Under the pieces are notes generated by a model. It saw only the letters and a program-made list of their open reading frames with translations. It ran no database searches and was not told the DNA's origin. A stretch of 64,000 bases of DNA from Tubiluchus corallicola (lineage: Eukaryota; Animalia; Priapulida). The position numbers were made by a program, and so were the translations under genes. Of this stretch, positions 25,211 through 37,290 are shown one piece after another. Position 1 is the first letter of the stretch; every line of letters starts with the position of its first letter. The stretch spans positions 270,885 to 334,884 of the forward strand of contig JAQGDQ010000211.1 of the NCBI GenBank assembly GCA_030141605.1, in the 5' to 3' direction.

Positions 25211-26674
25211 TTAGCGAGTCACGTTGCCTGGTGGGTATTGAAAAGGTATTTTGTGGTCGTTTGGCATGAAAACATTTTTATTTATTTGACTTTGTTACCT
25301 CGCCATTTTACACAAACGTTTGTATTAGTCTCATTAACGTGGCTTGTTTAAACAATAACAAGCTGTAAAAACCTTATAAAACCTTTACGACGTGACATGT
25401 GCCTATTAGTTTGATCTGCAAAGACACGGAAGCCAGAGATGCAAGCAGTGTAATTATTCTGCGTGGGCCCCAGCTAGTGGTGGCTTCATTTCGTTGCCAT
25501 GGTAGCCAGCTGCCAGCTAATATAGAATCGTGCTTGTTCACTTTCTCTCAGTCCCCGCCGTTGTCTGAAGGTAAAACTATTGAGTACTGTGTCCTGCTCA
25601 TTGTAATCAACCTATTGCCGTTACCGCTTTGCTTTATGAATTGGAACAGCCTTGGGCGTGGGAAAGGCACGGAGACTGTTTACTTCAAGACGAAGATCAC
25701 GTGGTACAGTTACACGTGGTAAGTATTGTATGTATTCTCTGACGGCAATATTTCATTTGTAGACATTCAATATCTCTTCAGTCTGTTCTAAATTATGCCA
25801 GCTTTGCTTATGAATTTTGCTTTGCTTATGAATTTCGATGTCACTGATGTATGAAATCTTACGTTGGCCAAACCAGTAGACAACTTAGCTTGAGAAGTAG
25901 GGCATGCATATTTACAAGAGATAAGCTACTGTTGCCTCCTCTTTCCATGAATTTCTGTCTATTTCAACGCGTCCCACGTGTTCAATTCTTTTCGGATTTA
26001 ATCTAACGTTAGGAAGATTTAGGTTACTATATCTGCGTAAGTTAAAATTTGCCCGCTTGTGTGATTTTTGGCAGTATCGTGGGGGAAATTTTTCCTTTAA
26101 CTATACGCTAAACTCTAGCAGGATATGCACTAAACAATTTTTGTTTTATGTAAGTCAATCAATAAATCTTAGTGTAATTAGTAGAAAATCATGAAAATCA
26201 ATTGATGATCTAAATACGTGATTTAAACTCTGGTAACATAGGCAAATTTCAATTGAATAAATTAGAATTAAATTGAAGTTTAGGCCTTGGTAGAGAACGT
26301 TTCTCTGAATGCTTTTCAATATATATAATTATCTGCAACTGGGTCAATACAAAATCAATTTTCGGTGACGTTATAAACATGTACACATGTATATGTAGAT
26401 GTATAATTAATATGATGTATATATAATATATTTAAGCATGTATTTGTAAATAGAAATTTAAATAAAACGTGGTAAAGTACAAAAGTAAAGTCTGCGCATC
26501 AGTTTAACGCTGATTGAACATGTATAAAGCTAAACATTTAGTAAGTTCAAATCTCGATTAAAATAGTCATAATTATTTGTAGACTAATTTTTCAATAGGA
26601 AGTGAATTATCATGTAGCCCTGCACATGCAGGGAAATTTTATATATATTTATGTATGTATATAATTAATTAAGC

Positions 26675-27477
<803 letters not shown>

Positions 27478-28169
27478 AATTTTACATGGCGGCGCGTTGG
27501 TGTTCATCACTTGGCTTCATTTTAGTTGATATTTTGCTGCACATTAATTCCTTGGTGGCAGTTCGGCTGCCAGGCAGTGACAGACGTGGTTTAACAACAT
27601 GAACACATCAAAGACGGTTGGCAGCCATTTCAGATTTTCGTAGTCTAAGCCGTTCAGTCCACATTGTATTGCATGAGTAAAAACCGTTTGCAAGAACAAG
27701 TGAAAATAAAAAGTTTCATTGGGTCAATTCTAATGTAGTTTTTCCCCCCAGTCAATTTTTGCACAAGGACCACTGTAAGCTTGTAAAATAATGGGACATT
27801 TTTTAAACGAGTTAATTTTTTTCATCTTATTCAAACACTAACATCAGTTTGTTAGGCCATGTAATGGTACAGCATGTAACGAGTGGAAATAAAACGTAAC
27901 ATACCGTAATGATATACGAGCCGCTACCCTTCTACTAAGGCTTAGAGAGCCAAATTATCCTGTATAGGCCAGTATAGGTTACAGCCTAGGGTTCTTCAAG
28001 TTTTGGTAAAGAAGCCGCTTTTTCACTACGGTTGTGTTGAAACCTCTGCTAATTTGGTGATAAATTACACTTACTTGAAACGTATAACTAATCACTCAAT
28101 CATGATTTGTTGTTTTTCATTTTCAAAAACTTCCCCTCTAGTATAATAATATCTTTATTACTTCCCACC

Positions 28170-28194
28170 CGTATATATATACTATATATATATA

Positions 28195-28262
<68 letters not shown>

Positions 28263-28309
28263 GCAGCAGCAGCAGCAGCAGCAGTAGTAATAGTAGTAGT
28301 AGCAGTAGC

Positions 28310-28348
<39 letters not shown>

Positions 28349-28400
28349 TATAGTTGTTGTTGTAGTAGTTGTAGCAGTAGTATATATATATATATATATA
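28170..28400. repeat. (TA)/(TAG)/(CAG) compound microsatellite
   Basis: Direct inspection. Confidence 0.9.
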
Positions 28401-28989
28401 TTTGCAATGCACACCTCCATATAGTCTAAACAAGTGTTGCCTCCTCCACAAATGGTTAGCGAATGTGTTAAAGCATTTATCATTTGTCTGTGCCGACCAT
28501 CAGTTTACATCGTAATTATGAAAATTTAATACTACTAACGCCCGCTGTAACTCACACTAACCATTAGAAATATATTGTAATTTTTCTCTTAACTAATTCT
28601 AATGGCCTAGCATAAGCTAGCTCCTTAGGTCTCTAGCGCAGAATTCATGAATTGTATCATAATTTTGTATTAGCAAAAACATATGCACATGTAATGCATA
28701 TGTATATGTTTACTGCAAAATAAAGCCAATGAATTGATTCTGATTGGCAGTATATAACAAAATAGTGATATTTCTTGAATACTACTTTGTTAATAAACAA
28801 ATGATACTCTAGTTTATATAAAGAATTTGTATTAAGTTTATTTCAAGCTGTGTAAATGTCGTCGCTAAAATATATCACGAGCTAAAAAATGTTCAAGACT
28901 GGTGCTGGTGAGTTAAAGGGTGGTGCCGTCTAATAAGGAGGGGGATTTCATTAGACCAGCGGTCCCAAAATGCCATAAACCGGCCCTGG

Positions 28990-29240
28990 CATTTGGTGCT
29001 GGTGTTTTTGGTGGCCTGGTGGTGGTGGTGGTGGTGGTGGTCGTCGTCGTTTTGTTGGTGCTGATGATGGTGATGGTGACGGTGACGGTGACGGTGACGA
29101 TGACGATGGTTATAGTGGTAGTGGTGGTTTGGTGCTGGTGCTTTAGGTGGCCGTGGTGGTGGTGGTGGTCGTGGTGTTGGTGTTGGTGTTGGTGGTCGTG
29201 GTGTTGGTGGTGATGACCATGATAGTGATGATGATAACAA
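28990..29240. repeat. (GGT/GAT/GAC)-rich low-complexity tract
   Basis: Direct inspection. Confidence 0.8.
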
Positions 29241-29322
29241 TATAAGGCAGCAGAGTAAGTTTTCACTTGAATGAATACGGTAGGCAACTGTTCTTAATTG
29301 CGGCTTTCCTATTTTCCGGGCC

Positions 29323-30408
29323 TCATGGAGCATACATAACTGTGCTTCATGGAGCATACATTCTGTGCTTCCTGGAGCATCCATTCTGTGCTTCCTTGAG
29401 CGTACATTATGATTCCTAAAGCATACATTCTGTGCTTCATGAAGCATACATCCTGCGCTTCATGGAGCATGCATTCTGAGTTTTATGGAGCATACATTTT
29501 GTGGTTCCTGGAGCATACATTCTGTGCTTCCTTGAGCGTACATTATGATTCCTGGAGCATACATTCTGTGCTTCATGGAGCATACATTCTGTGCTTCATG
29601 AAGCATACATTCTGCGCTTCATGGAGCATGCATTCTGAGTTTTATGGAGCATACATTTTGTGGTTCCTGGAGCATACATTCTGTGCTTCCTGGAGCATAC
29701 ATTCTGAGTTTTAGGGAGCATGCATTCTGAGTTCTATGGAGCATACATTCTGTGCTTCATGTAGCATACATTCTGCGCTTCATGGAGCATGCATTTTGAG
29801 TTTCATGGAGCATACATTCTGTGCTTCATGGAGCATACATTTTGAGCTTTATGGAGCATACATTCTGCGCTTCATGGAGCATGCATTCTGAGTTTTATGG
29901 AGCATACATTTTGTGGTTCCTGGAGCATACATTCTGTGCTTCCAGGAGCATACATTCTGTGCTTCATGGAACATACATTCTGAGTTTTAGGGAGCATACA
30001 TTCTGAGTTTTATGGAGCATACATTCTGTGCTTCACGAAGCATACATTCTGAGTTTTATGGAGCATACATTCCGTGCTTCATGGAGCATACATTCTGTGC
30101 TTCGTGGAGCATACATTCCGTGCTTCATGGAGCATACATTCTGTGCTTCATGGAGCACACATTTTGTCCTTCATGGAGCATGCATTCTGAGTTTTATGGA
30201 GCATACATTTTGTGGTTCCTGGAGCATACATACTGTGCTTCCAGGAGCATACATTCTGTGCTTCATGGAGCATACATTCTGAGTTTTATGGAGCATACAT
30301 TCCGTGCTTCGTGGAGCATACATTCTGTGCTTCATGGAGCACACATTCTGTCCTTCATGGAGCATGCATTGTGAGTTTTATGGAGCATACATTCTATGCT
30401 TCATGGAG
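29323..30408. repeat. 23-bp minisatellite (about 47 copies)
   Basis: Unit ggagcatacattctgtgcttcat with recurring variants (gagttttat, ttgtggttcct). Confidence 0.93.
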
Positions 30409-31490
30409 AGTACAGGGTTTCTGCAATTTTACTGCTTATCAGGTTAGCAAAAATGCAGCTTAAATCCTGTAAAAATCCTTTACAATATTCAGACGTTAAA
30501 TACGTATGCAAAAAAGTAGATACATGTACTTAAATAGTTAGCCGGCAAGCAGACAGGCGGGCAGGCAGGCTTAAGTGTCACAGTCAGGCAAACAAAGATA
30601 AATAATCAAGAAGAAAACGTGACGTATTGCAGGCATTTTTCACAAGTAATTTTACTCGCTATAAGCTCTCATTTTGAGTAAATGCTGCAATTTATCAATT
30701 TCAACTCACTTACGTGGAGTTTTTTTGCAACATAATAAAACCCCCGAGATTCGAATTTGCAATCTGTGAAAAATGTAACGATGATAAATGACCCAATTAC
30801 CGCTTTTTGCTTATTCTTGCGCCTCGCTTTTCGGGGTAATTCGAACGCGTAGTAATTTCGACGAGGCAACAATTTTGCCGCCTAAATTGAAGAAAAAATA
30901 GTCCACAAGTGTGGTAAATTAACGCGCCGGTTGCCTCGAAGCGAACGACACAGAGAGCTTTATCTTTGTCGGGTTTCCATTACCAAAATCCCCGCGGGTT
31001 TCAAGACTTTGGTAAGATTAGACGCTTTCAATGTAGTTTGAAATGTGTCTAAGTGTTTTAGCGACCTTTTCTTCTCGCGCGAAGGATTAGATAAGACAGG
31101 ATGAGGAAAAGGTGAAGTGAGGGTGATGCCAAGTGCCAAGAGGATCAGTGGAAAATTGCATTATGTCACAGTGGAGAGATATTGCGACTTTTCACAGCAG
31201 AAACTGGTAATTGTTTCAGTGTTCTAGGATTTTCATTGCATTACTTCCGGCCTCCGTGTTAGAAATAAGAAATTACTATTTTTATTGTTGTTGTTGTTGT
31301 TGTTGTTGCAGCTGCTGCTGTTGCTGTTGTTGTTGTTGTTGCTGCTGCTGTTGTTGCCACTGTTGTTATTGTTGTTGTCTTTGTTGTTGTTGCTGCTGCT
31401 GCTGCTGTTGTTGTTGTCTTTGTTGTTGTTGTTGCTGTTGTTTCATTGCTTTACTTCTGGCTTCCGTGTTAGAAATAAGTATTTACTATT

Positions 31491-31496
31491 TTTATT
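31491..31496 (-). terminator. Candidate polyadenylation signal of the Gly/Tyr-rich gene
   Basis: AATAAA on the minus strand about 25 nt after the TGA at 31520; a duplicated copy lies at 31281-31286. Confidence 0.5.
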
Positions 31497-31519
31497 GTTA
31501 TTGTTGTTTTTGTTGTTGT

Positions 31520-32087
31520 TCATCTTGCTGTTGTTGTTGTTCTTATTCCTCTTCTTGTCGTCATTATTGCTGCTGCTGTTGCTGCTGTTGTTGTTGTTCC
31601 TGCCTGTGCTCCAAAGTCGCGTCCGGATGCAGCACCATAACTTCCAGAGGCACCGTAATTATGTCCGGCTGCCACCGCACCATAACCTGCTGCACCATAG
31701 CCGTGTCCTGCTGCAGTACCATATGCACCTGCTGAGCCGTGGCCGTATCCTGCTTCTCCGTGACCTCCCGCAGAACTGTACCCAAATCCCCCTGCTGCTC
31801 CACCATAGCCTGCAGCAGAACCATAACCATGTCCTGCTGCGCCACTGTAGCCTCCAGTGGCACCGTAGCCGAGTCCATGAGCAGCTCCATAACCACCAGC
31901 ACCATATCCGTACCCTCCAGCACTGTAAGCGTGCCTCTGAGCAGCTCCGTAACCAGCAGCACCATAGCCTTGGGCTCCAAGTCCATATCCATGGCCATAA
32001 CCACCACCATATCCAAGCACACCGTGACCACGGGGCCCAAGTCCATAACCAGCACCCGCAGCAAGCCCACCACTATATCCACAACAC
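31520..32087 (-). CDS. Second Gly/Tyr/Ala-rich module (putative terminal exon, or 5'-truncated paralogous duplicate)
   Basis: Open frame CCGYSGGLAAGAGYGLGPRGHGVLGYGG...GSYGAASGRDFGAQAGTTTT...AR*; homologous to about 32680-33040 with only in-frame indels; ttttag acceptor ending at 32088 is phase-compatible with the donor at 32482. Confidence 0.6.
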
Positions 32088-32467
32088 CTAAAAATTGTTC
32101 GTAAATAATAATAATAATGTTCAAGCATTTGTGTCCTTAATAGATAACGCCCAAGAATTGTTCCAGTAAATAATAATGTTCAAGAATTTGTGCCCTTAAT
32201 TGATAGCGCCTAAGAATTGTTCCTGTGAATAATGATCAAGAATTTGTGTCCTTAATTGATAATGCCTAAAAATTGTTCCTGTAAATAATAATGTTCAAGC
32301 ATTTGTGTCCTGAATTGTTCTTGTAAATAAAAATATTCAAAAATTTGTGCCCTTAATTGACAACGCCCAAGAATTGTGCCCTTAATTGACAACGTTCAAG
32401 AATTTTTGGCCTTAATTGATAATGCCCAAGAATTTTGCCCTTAATTAACAATGTTCAAGAATTTTTG
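32083..32467. repeat. AT-rich ~28/58-bp satellite (ttaattgataatgtccaagaattgtgcc family)
   Basis: Same family as 35300-37290, 40330-41460 and (inverted) 42290-42495. Confidence 0.88.
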
Positions 32468-32478
32468 CCGGGTTTCCA

Positions 32479-33480
32479 TTACCAAAATGGTGGTGGTGTT
32501 GTTGTTGTTGTTGTTGTTGGTACTGGTGGTGGTGGTGGTGTTGTTACTGGTACTGGTGGTGGTGGTGTTGTTACTGGTACTGGTGGTGGTGGTGTTGTTA
32601 CTGGTACTGGTGGTGGTGGTGTTGTTACTGGTACTGGTAGTGGTGTTGTTGTTGTTGGTATTGGTGGTGGCGTTGATGCAGCACCATAACTTCCCGAGGC
32701 ACCATAACCTGCTGCACCATAGCCGTGTCCTGCTGCAGTACCATAGCCACCTGCTGAGCCATGGCCATATCCTGCTACTCCGTGACCTGCAGCAGAACTG
32801 TAACCATGTCCTGCTGCTCCACTGTAGCCTCCAGTGGCACCGTAGCCGAGTCCTTGAGCAGCTCCATAACCACCAGCACCATATCCGTACCCTCCAGCAG
32901 TGTAAGCTTGCCTCTGAGCAGCTCCGTAACCAGCAGCACCATAGCCTTGGGCTCCATAACTACCACCATATCCAAGTACACTGTGACCACGGGCTCCAAG
33001 TCCATAACCAGCACCACCAGCAAGCCCACCACCGTAACCAGCACCAGCAAAGGCACCAAGTCCATAACCAGCACCAGGTCCTCCATATCCAGTTCCAAGA
33101 TAGCCAGCTCCATAACCGTATCTGGCTGTACCATAACCAGTTGGGTGACCAGCTCCATAACCGTAACCTCCTGCACCATAACCAATTGGGTGACCAGCTC
33201 CGTAACCGTATCCTCCTCCACCATAACCAATTGGGTGACCAGCTCCGTAACCGTATCCTCCTCCACCATAACCAATTGGGTGACCAGCTCCATAACCATA
33301 TCCTCCTGCACCATAACCAGTTGGGTGACCAGCTCCGTAACCATATCTTCCTGCACCATAACCAGTTGGGTGGCCAGCTCCTAAACCTTCGGCACCAAGT
33401 CCAAGCGGCAAGCCTGGACCGCGTCTACCAGCCAAGGTGGCTCCAGGTCCAAGGGGGTAATGCGATGCCCATAGTTGCGT
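32479..33480 (-). CDS. Main exon of secreted Gly/Tyr/His-rich repetitive structural protein
   Basis: cgttttag acceptor ending at 33481; TQLWASHYPLGPGATLAGRRGPG... 6 x GAGHP(T/I)GYGxGxYGY, GAAGYG blocks, (PVPVTTPPP)x4, ...FW*; in frame with the signal-peptide exon; GC-rich relative to flanks. Confidence 0.88.
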   Translation of the reverse strand, partial: TQLWASHYPLGPGATLAGRRGPGLPLGLGAEGLGAGHPTGYGAGRYGYGAGHPTGYGAGGYGYGAGHPIGYGGGGYGYGAGHPIGYGGGGYGYGAGHPIGYGAGGYGYGAGHPTGYGTARYGYGAGYLGTGYGGPGAGYGLGAFAGAGYGGGLAGGAGYGLGARGHSVLGYGGSYGAQGYGAAGYGAAQRQAYTAGGYGYGAGGYGAAQGLGYGATGGYSGAAGHGYSSAAGHGVAGYGHGSAGGYGTAAGHGYGAAGYGASGSYGAASTPPPIPTTTTPLPVPVTTPPPPVPVTTPPPPVPVTTPPPPVPVTTPPPPPVPTTTTTTTPPPFW

Positions 33481-33669
33481 CTAAAACGAAATAATCAGTG
33501 ATTACTTCTATAAGGTAATTTATGCAAGAAGCCAAATTAGATTTAAATTCAGAGGTTAAAATACTGATGTTTTTTTATCAATTCATGTCGCTGTTGGGTG
33601 TCGCCACCTACTGTTTTAATCTAGAAACATTAGAGGTCACCAATCCTTTAAGCAGCTAATAATACTTAC

Positions 33670-33711
33670 AGCAGTTAAGCAAATGACAACCAGCTTAAGC
33701 AACGTCTTCAT
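33670..33711 (-). CDS. Signal-peptide coding part of exon 2 (MKTLLKLVVICLTA)
   Basis: caacATG start context, GTAAGT donor at 33669, phase 0 matching the next exon; ttgcag acceptor ending at 33728. Confidence 0.85.
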
Positions 33712-33816
33712 GTTGAATTGGTAACCCCTGCAACAAAGACGAGAAATTTATTACAAATGTAACAGCAATAAGTCACAGAAATCGTAAAAAATACCACTAC
33801 GTACAACAGGACGTAC

Positions 33817-33875
33817 CTGCACCAGATTACAACACCCCAAAACCATCTTCCCAAATTTCTTCTAGCTGGCGTAAT
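33817..33875 (-). other. Putative non-coding exon 1 of the Gly/Tyr-rich gene
   Basis: cag|GTACGT donor at 33816 giving an 89-bp intron; Inr-like ccatta about 28 nt downstream of the TATA box. Confidence 0.6.
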
Positions 33876-33896
33876 GGTTTGATGGCCATTTTTGGC

Positions 33897-34133
33897 TTTT
33901 ATACAGCCATAGAAGATACGAAAATGTAATACGGGTAGGATTTGCAGTTGCAGATCCGAAATATTTTACGCAATATGCAGGGTTTAAATGCTCTGTTACC
34001 CCCTGCTTGCGTAATGTAACAGTCTCGTACAGTTCCCACTCCTTATTGGCTTCTTGAATTTACCGGTAATGCTCATTCAATAGTTTATTTGTTTGTCCTA
34101 AATGACTGTCAGGAGTTTTCTTTCCTTACGCAA
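33897..34133 (-). promoter_or_regulatory. Core and proximal promoter: TATAAAA, CCAAT and three TTACGCAA/TTGCGTAA bZIP-type sites
   Basis: TATAAAA at 33903-33897 (minus); TTACGCAA 33966-33973, TTGCGTAA 34007-34014, TTACGCAA 34126-34133; agccaat near 34046-34052 (minus). Confidence 0.6.
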
Positions 34134-34357
34134 ATTCAAATTCTCACTGGAGATTTCAAATTTGTTTATTTTATTTATTTATAAATATTTATTTTATTTC
34201 AGACACTTACAGTTCATAGAACAACAGAAATAAGGCACAAGTAAAAAAGTACACAGTTAGTTTACAAACACACAGCAAGCTTATATGCAAATTGTTAGTT
34301 AGAAACTTAGAATGGATATATAAGATTCTGAACTACGACTTAAAAATGTTCGATCAA

Positions 34358-34960
34358 GAAACTGTATCAGTATTGTACAGCAAGTTATTGATGACAGTAT
34401 TCTGATCCAAAAACAGCCACTTCTGAGACTAAACACAGCTTTCGTACGTATACAGGAAAAATTTGGTATATTTTATCAAAAAACTGTATCAGTATTGTAC
34501 AGCAAGTTATTAATGACAGTATTCTGCTCCAAAAACGCTTACTTCTGAGACTAAACACAGCTTTCGTACGTATACAGGAAAAACTTGGTATATTTTATCT
34601 AAAAATTGTACTAATATTGTACAGCAAGTTATTAATAATAGTATTTTGACTCAAAAACAGCCTACGTCTGAGACTAAACACAGCTTTTGTACGTATACAG
34701 GAAAAACTTGGTATATTTTATCTAAAAATTGTACTAACATTGTACAGCAAGCTATTAATAATAGTATTCTGACTCAAAAACAGCCTACTTCTGAGATTAA
34801 ACACAGCTTTCGTACGTATACAGGAAAAACTTGGTATATTTTATCTAAAAATTGTACTAATATTGTACAGCAAGTTATTAATAATAGTATTCTGACACAA
34901 AAACAGCCTAGTTCTAAGATTAAACACAGCTTTCATACGTATGCAGGAAAAACTCGGTAC
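34358..34960. repeat. 123-bp tandem repeat (about 5 copies)
   Basis: ctgagactaaacacagctttcgtacgtatacaggaaaaa recurs every ~123 bp. Confidence 0.9.
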
Positions 34961-35342
34961 ATTGTAGCTAACGTACGTTTGACTTGCACTACGAGGATTA
35001 AAGAGTCCTCTAGTGGAATTATTATAAGTAACACGAATTCTTACCAATATTTCCTTTATCGTGATCAAACCAGAGACTATTGCAATAAAACTGTATATAA
35101 AATGCTGCATGTAGTCTTCTCTTAACATGAACAGAATCAGCTTTGAACCTCCTAATAACGCAATTGGCTCTCGCACATAGCAAACCACGTTGATGTTTAA
35201 TATCAAGACCATCAAGGCAGATTATCTAATTATCTTGTGGTGTTTCTAGTAATTCTTTCTCTCCTGATAATAACAGTTAAGATGCTGGAAACATGGAACA
35301 CTGGCATTATTAATCGATAATGTTCAATAAGTGTGACCTTAA

Positions 35343-35800
35343 CCCTTTCAGTCCCAAATTACTTTTTTACTAAGAAAAATTTTTTGGCTTGGTACTTTTG
35401 TTCAGTATGTTCATCTTGTTTACACATAATAATTATTTTTTCTCCCTGTGCCCGCATGCTAAATATAGCCTGTATCCCATGGGATACATTGGGATTCAAT
35501 GGAAGCATAAAATGTGCTTCATTTTGCAACTGCTCATAATTTTTTAAAGTATTTAAGACATTTAGTATGCACGCTATGCTGATCTGTACAAAGTCGTCTC
35601 TAAAGTACTGTACCTTGCGCAGTTTTTTATGCTGTGTAGATTTTCTAGTTTGCCATTTTATCACCATTTTTAGTCTATTGTTATTGGCTTAAATCAAAAT
35701 AACTATTAACAGATCAAATAACTCTCAGTTTTAAAATTTTATTAATTTTAAAGGCAGAAAATATTCTTGTATCCCACGGGATACAACGGGTATGAAAGGG
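35343..35800. mobile_element. piggyBac-type MITE inserted in satellite
   Basis: TTAA-ccctttcagtccc ... gggtatgaaaggg-TTAA; internal tgtatcccatgggataca palindromes. Confidence 0.88.
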
Positions 35801-35804
35801 TTAA

Positions 35805-37290
35805 CTGACGATGTTTACAAATTATGCACTTAATTCCTAATGTCTATGAATCGTGTTGATCATATCGAAAATTTTGGCTTTAATTAATAGTGTCAAAGAA
35901 CCGCGCCGTTATCTAATAATGTCTAAGAATCGAACCTTTAACTGATACTTTAACTGAACAACTATACTTTTAACTGATAATGTTCTTGTTATAATCAATA
36001 ATGTCCAAGAAGTGTGCCATTAATTTATGCTGTCCAAGAACTGTGTCATTAATTCATAACGTCCAAGACTGTGCTGTTAATTCTTAATGTCTAAGAACTG
36101 TGCCGTTAATTCGTATTGTCAGAAGAACTGTGCCATTAATTCATATTGTCAAAAGAACTGTGCCGTTAATTCATATCCGATCAGGACTGTGTCGTTGGTT
36201 CATAGCGTCCAAGAACTGTGCTGTTCACTGATAATGTTCAAAAGCTGCATGGTTAATTCATAATATCCAAGAACTGTGCAGTTAATTGACGTCCAACAAT
36301 TGCGCCTTTAATTGATAATTTCAAAGAGCCATGCCATTAATTCATAACGTTTAAGAACTATGACATTAATTCGTAACGTCTACGAACTGCGCTGTTATTT
36401 CTTTATGTCCAATAACTGTGTCATTAATTAATAACGTCAAAGACATGTGCTGTTAATTCACAATGTCCAAGAACTGTGCAGTTAATTGACGCCCAATAAT
36501 TGTGCCTTTAATTGATAATTTCAAAGAGCCATGCCATTAATTCATAACGTTCAAGAAATATAACATTAAATCGTAACGTCAAAGACTGTGCTGTTAATTC
36601 ACAATGTCCAAGAACTGTGCAGTTAATTGACGTCCAATAATTGTGCCTTTAATTGATAATTTCAAAGAGCCGTGCCATTAATTCATAACGTTCAAGAACT
36701 GTGACATTAATTCGTAACGTCAAAGACTGTGCTGTTAATTCACAATGTCCAAGAACTGTGCAGTTAATCGACGTCCAATAATTGTGCCTTTAATTCATAA
36801 TTTCAAAGAGCTGTGCCATTAATTCATAACGTCTAACAACTGCGCTGCTATTTCTATATGTCCAAGAACTATACCGTTCGTGCATAATGTTCAAGAACTG
36901 TGCCGTTAATTGATAGAGTCCAAGTACTGTGCGATTAATTCATAACCAAGAACTGCGTTGTTAATTCACAACGTCCAAGAACTGTGCCATTAATTTGTAC
37001 TGTCCAAGGACTGCGTTGTTAATTCATAACATCCAAGAACTGTGCCATTAATCCATATCCGATAATTATGTCTAAGTTTAATTGATATTGTCAAAGAACT
37101 ATGGCCTTAACTGATGTCCAAGAATTGTACCATTAATTGACAATGTCGAAGTACAGTTTCATTGACTGATGAAAGAGTTGTCTAAGAGTGTCATAACATG
37201 TCTAAGAGTTGTTCTTTTATTTCGTAACGTCTAAGGACTATGTCCTTAACTGATAAAAAAGTCTACCCTTGTTCAAAAATGTTCAAATAC
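35805..37290. repeat. Degenerate ~28-bp satellite with a local 141-bp higher-order repeat
   Basis: ttaattcataatgtccaagaactgtgcc units; ccaagaactgtgcagttaat recurs at 36467, 36608 and 36749. Confidence 0.85.

Noticed and set aside
31211-33494. Plus-strand and alternative-frame ORFs (268, 347, 207, 194 and 186 aa) overlapping the Gly/Tyr gene
   Set aside because: Shadow ORFs expected from repetitive GGN/GCN/TAY codons; only the Gly/Tyr frame links to a signal-peptide exon and promoter.
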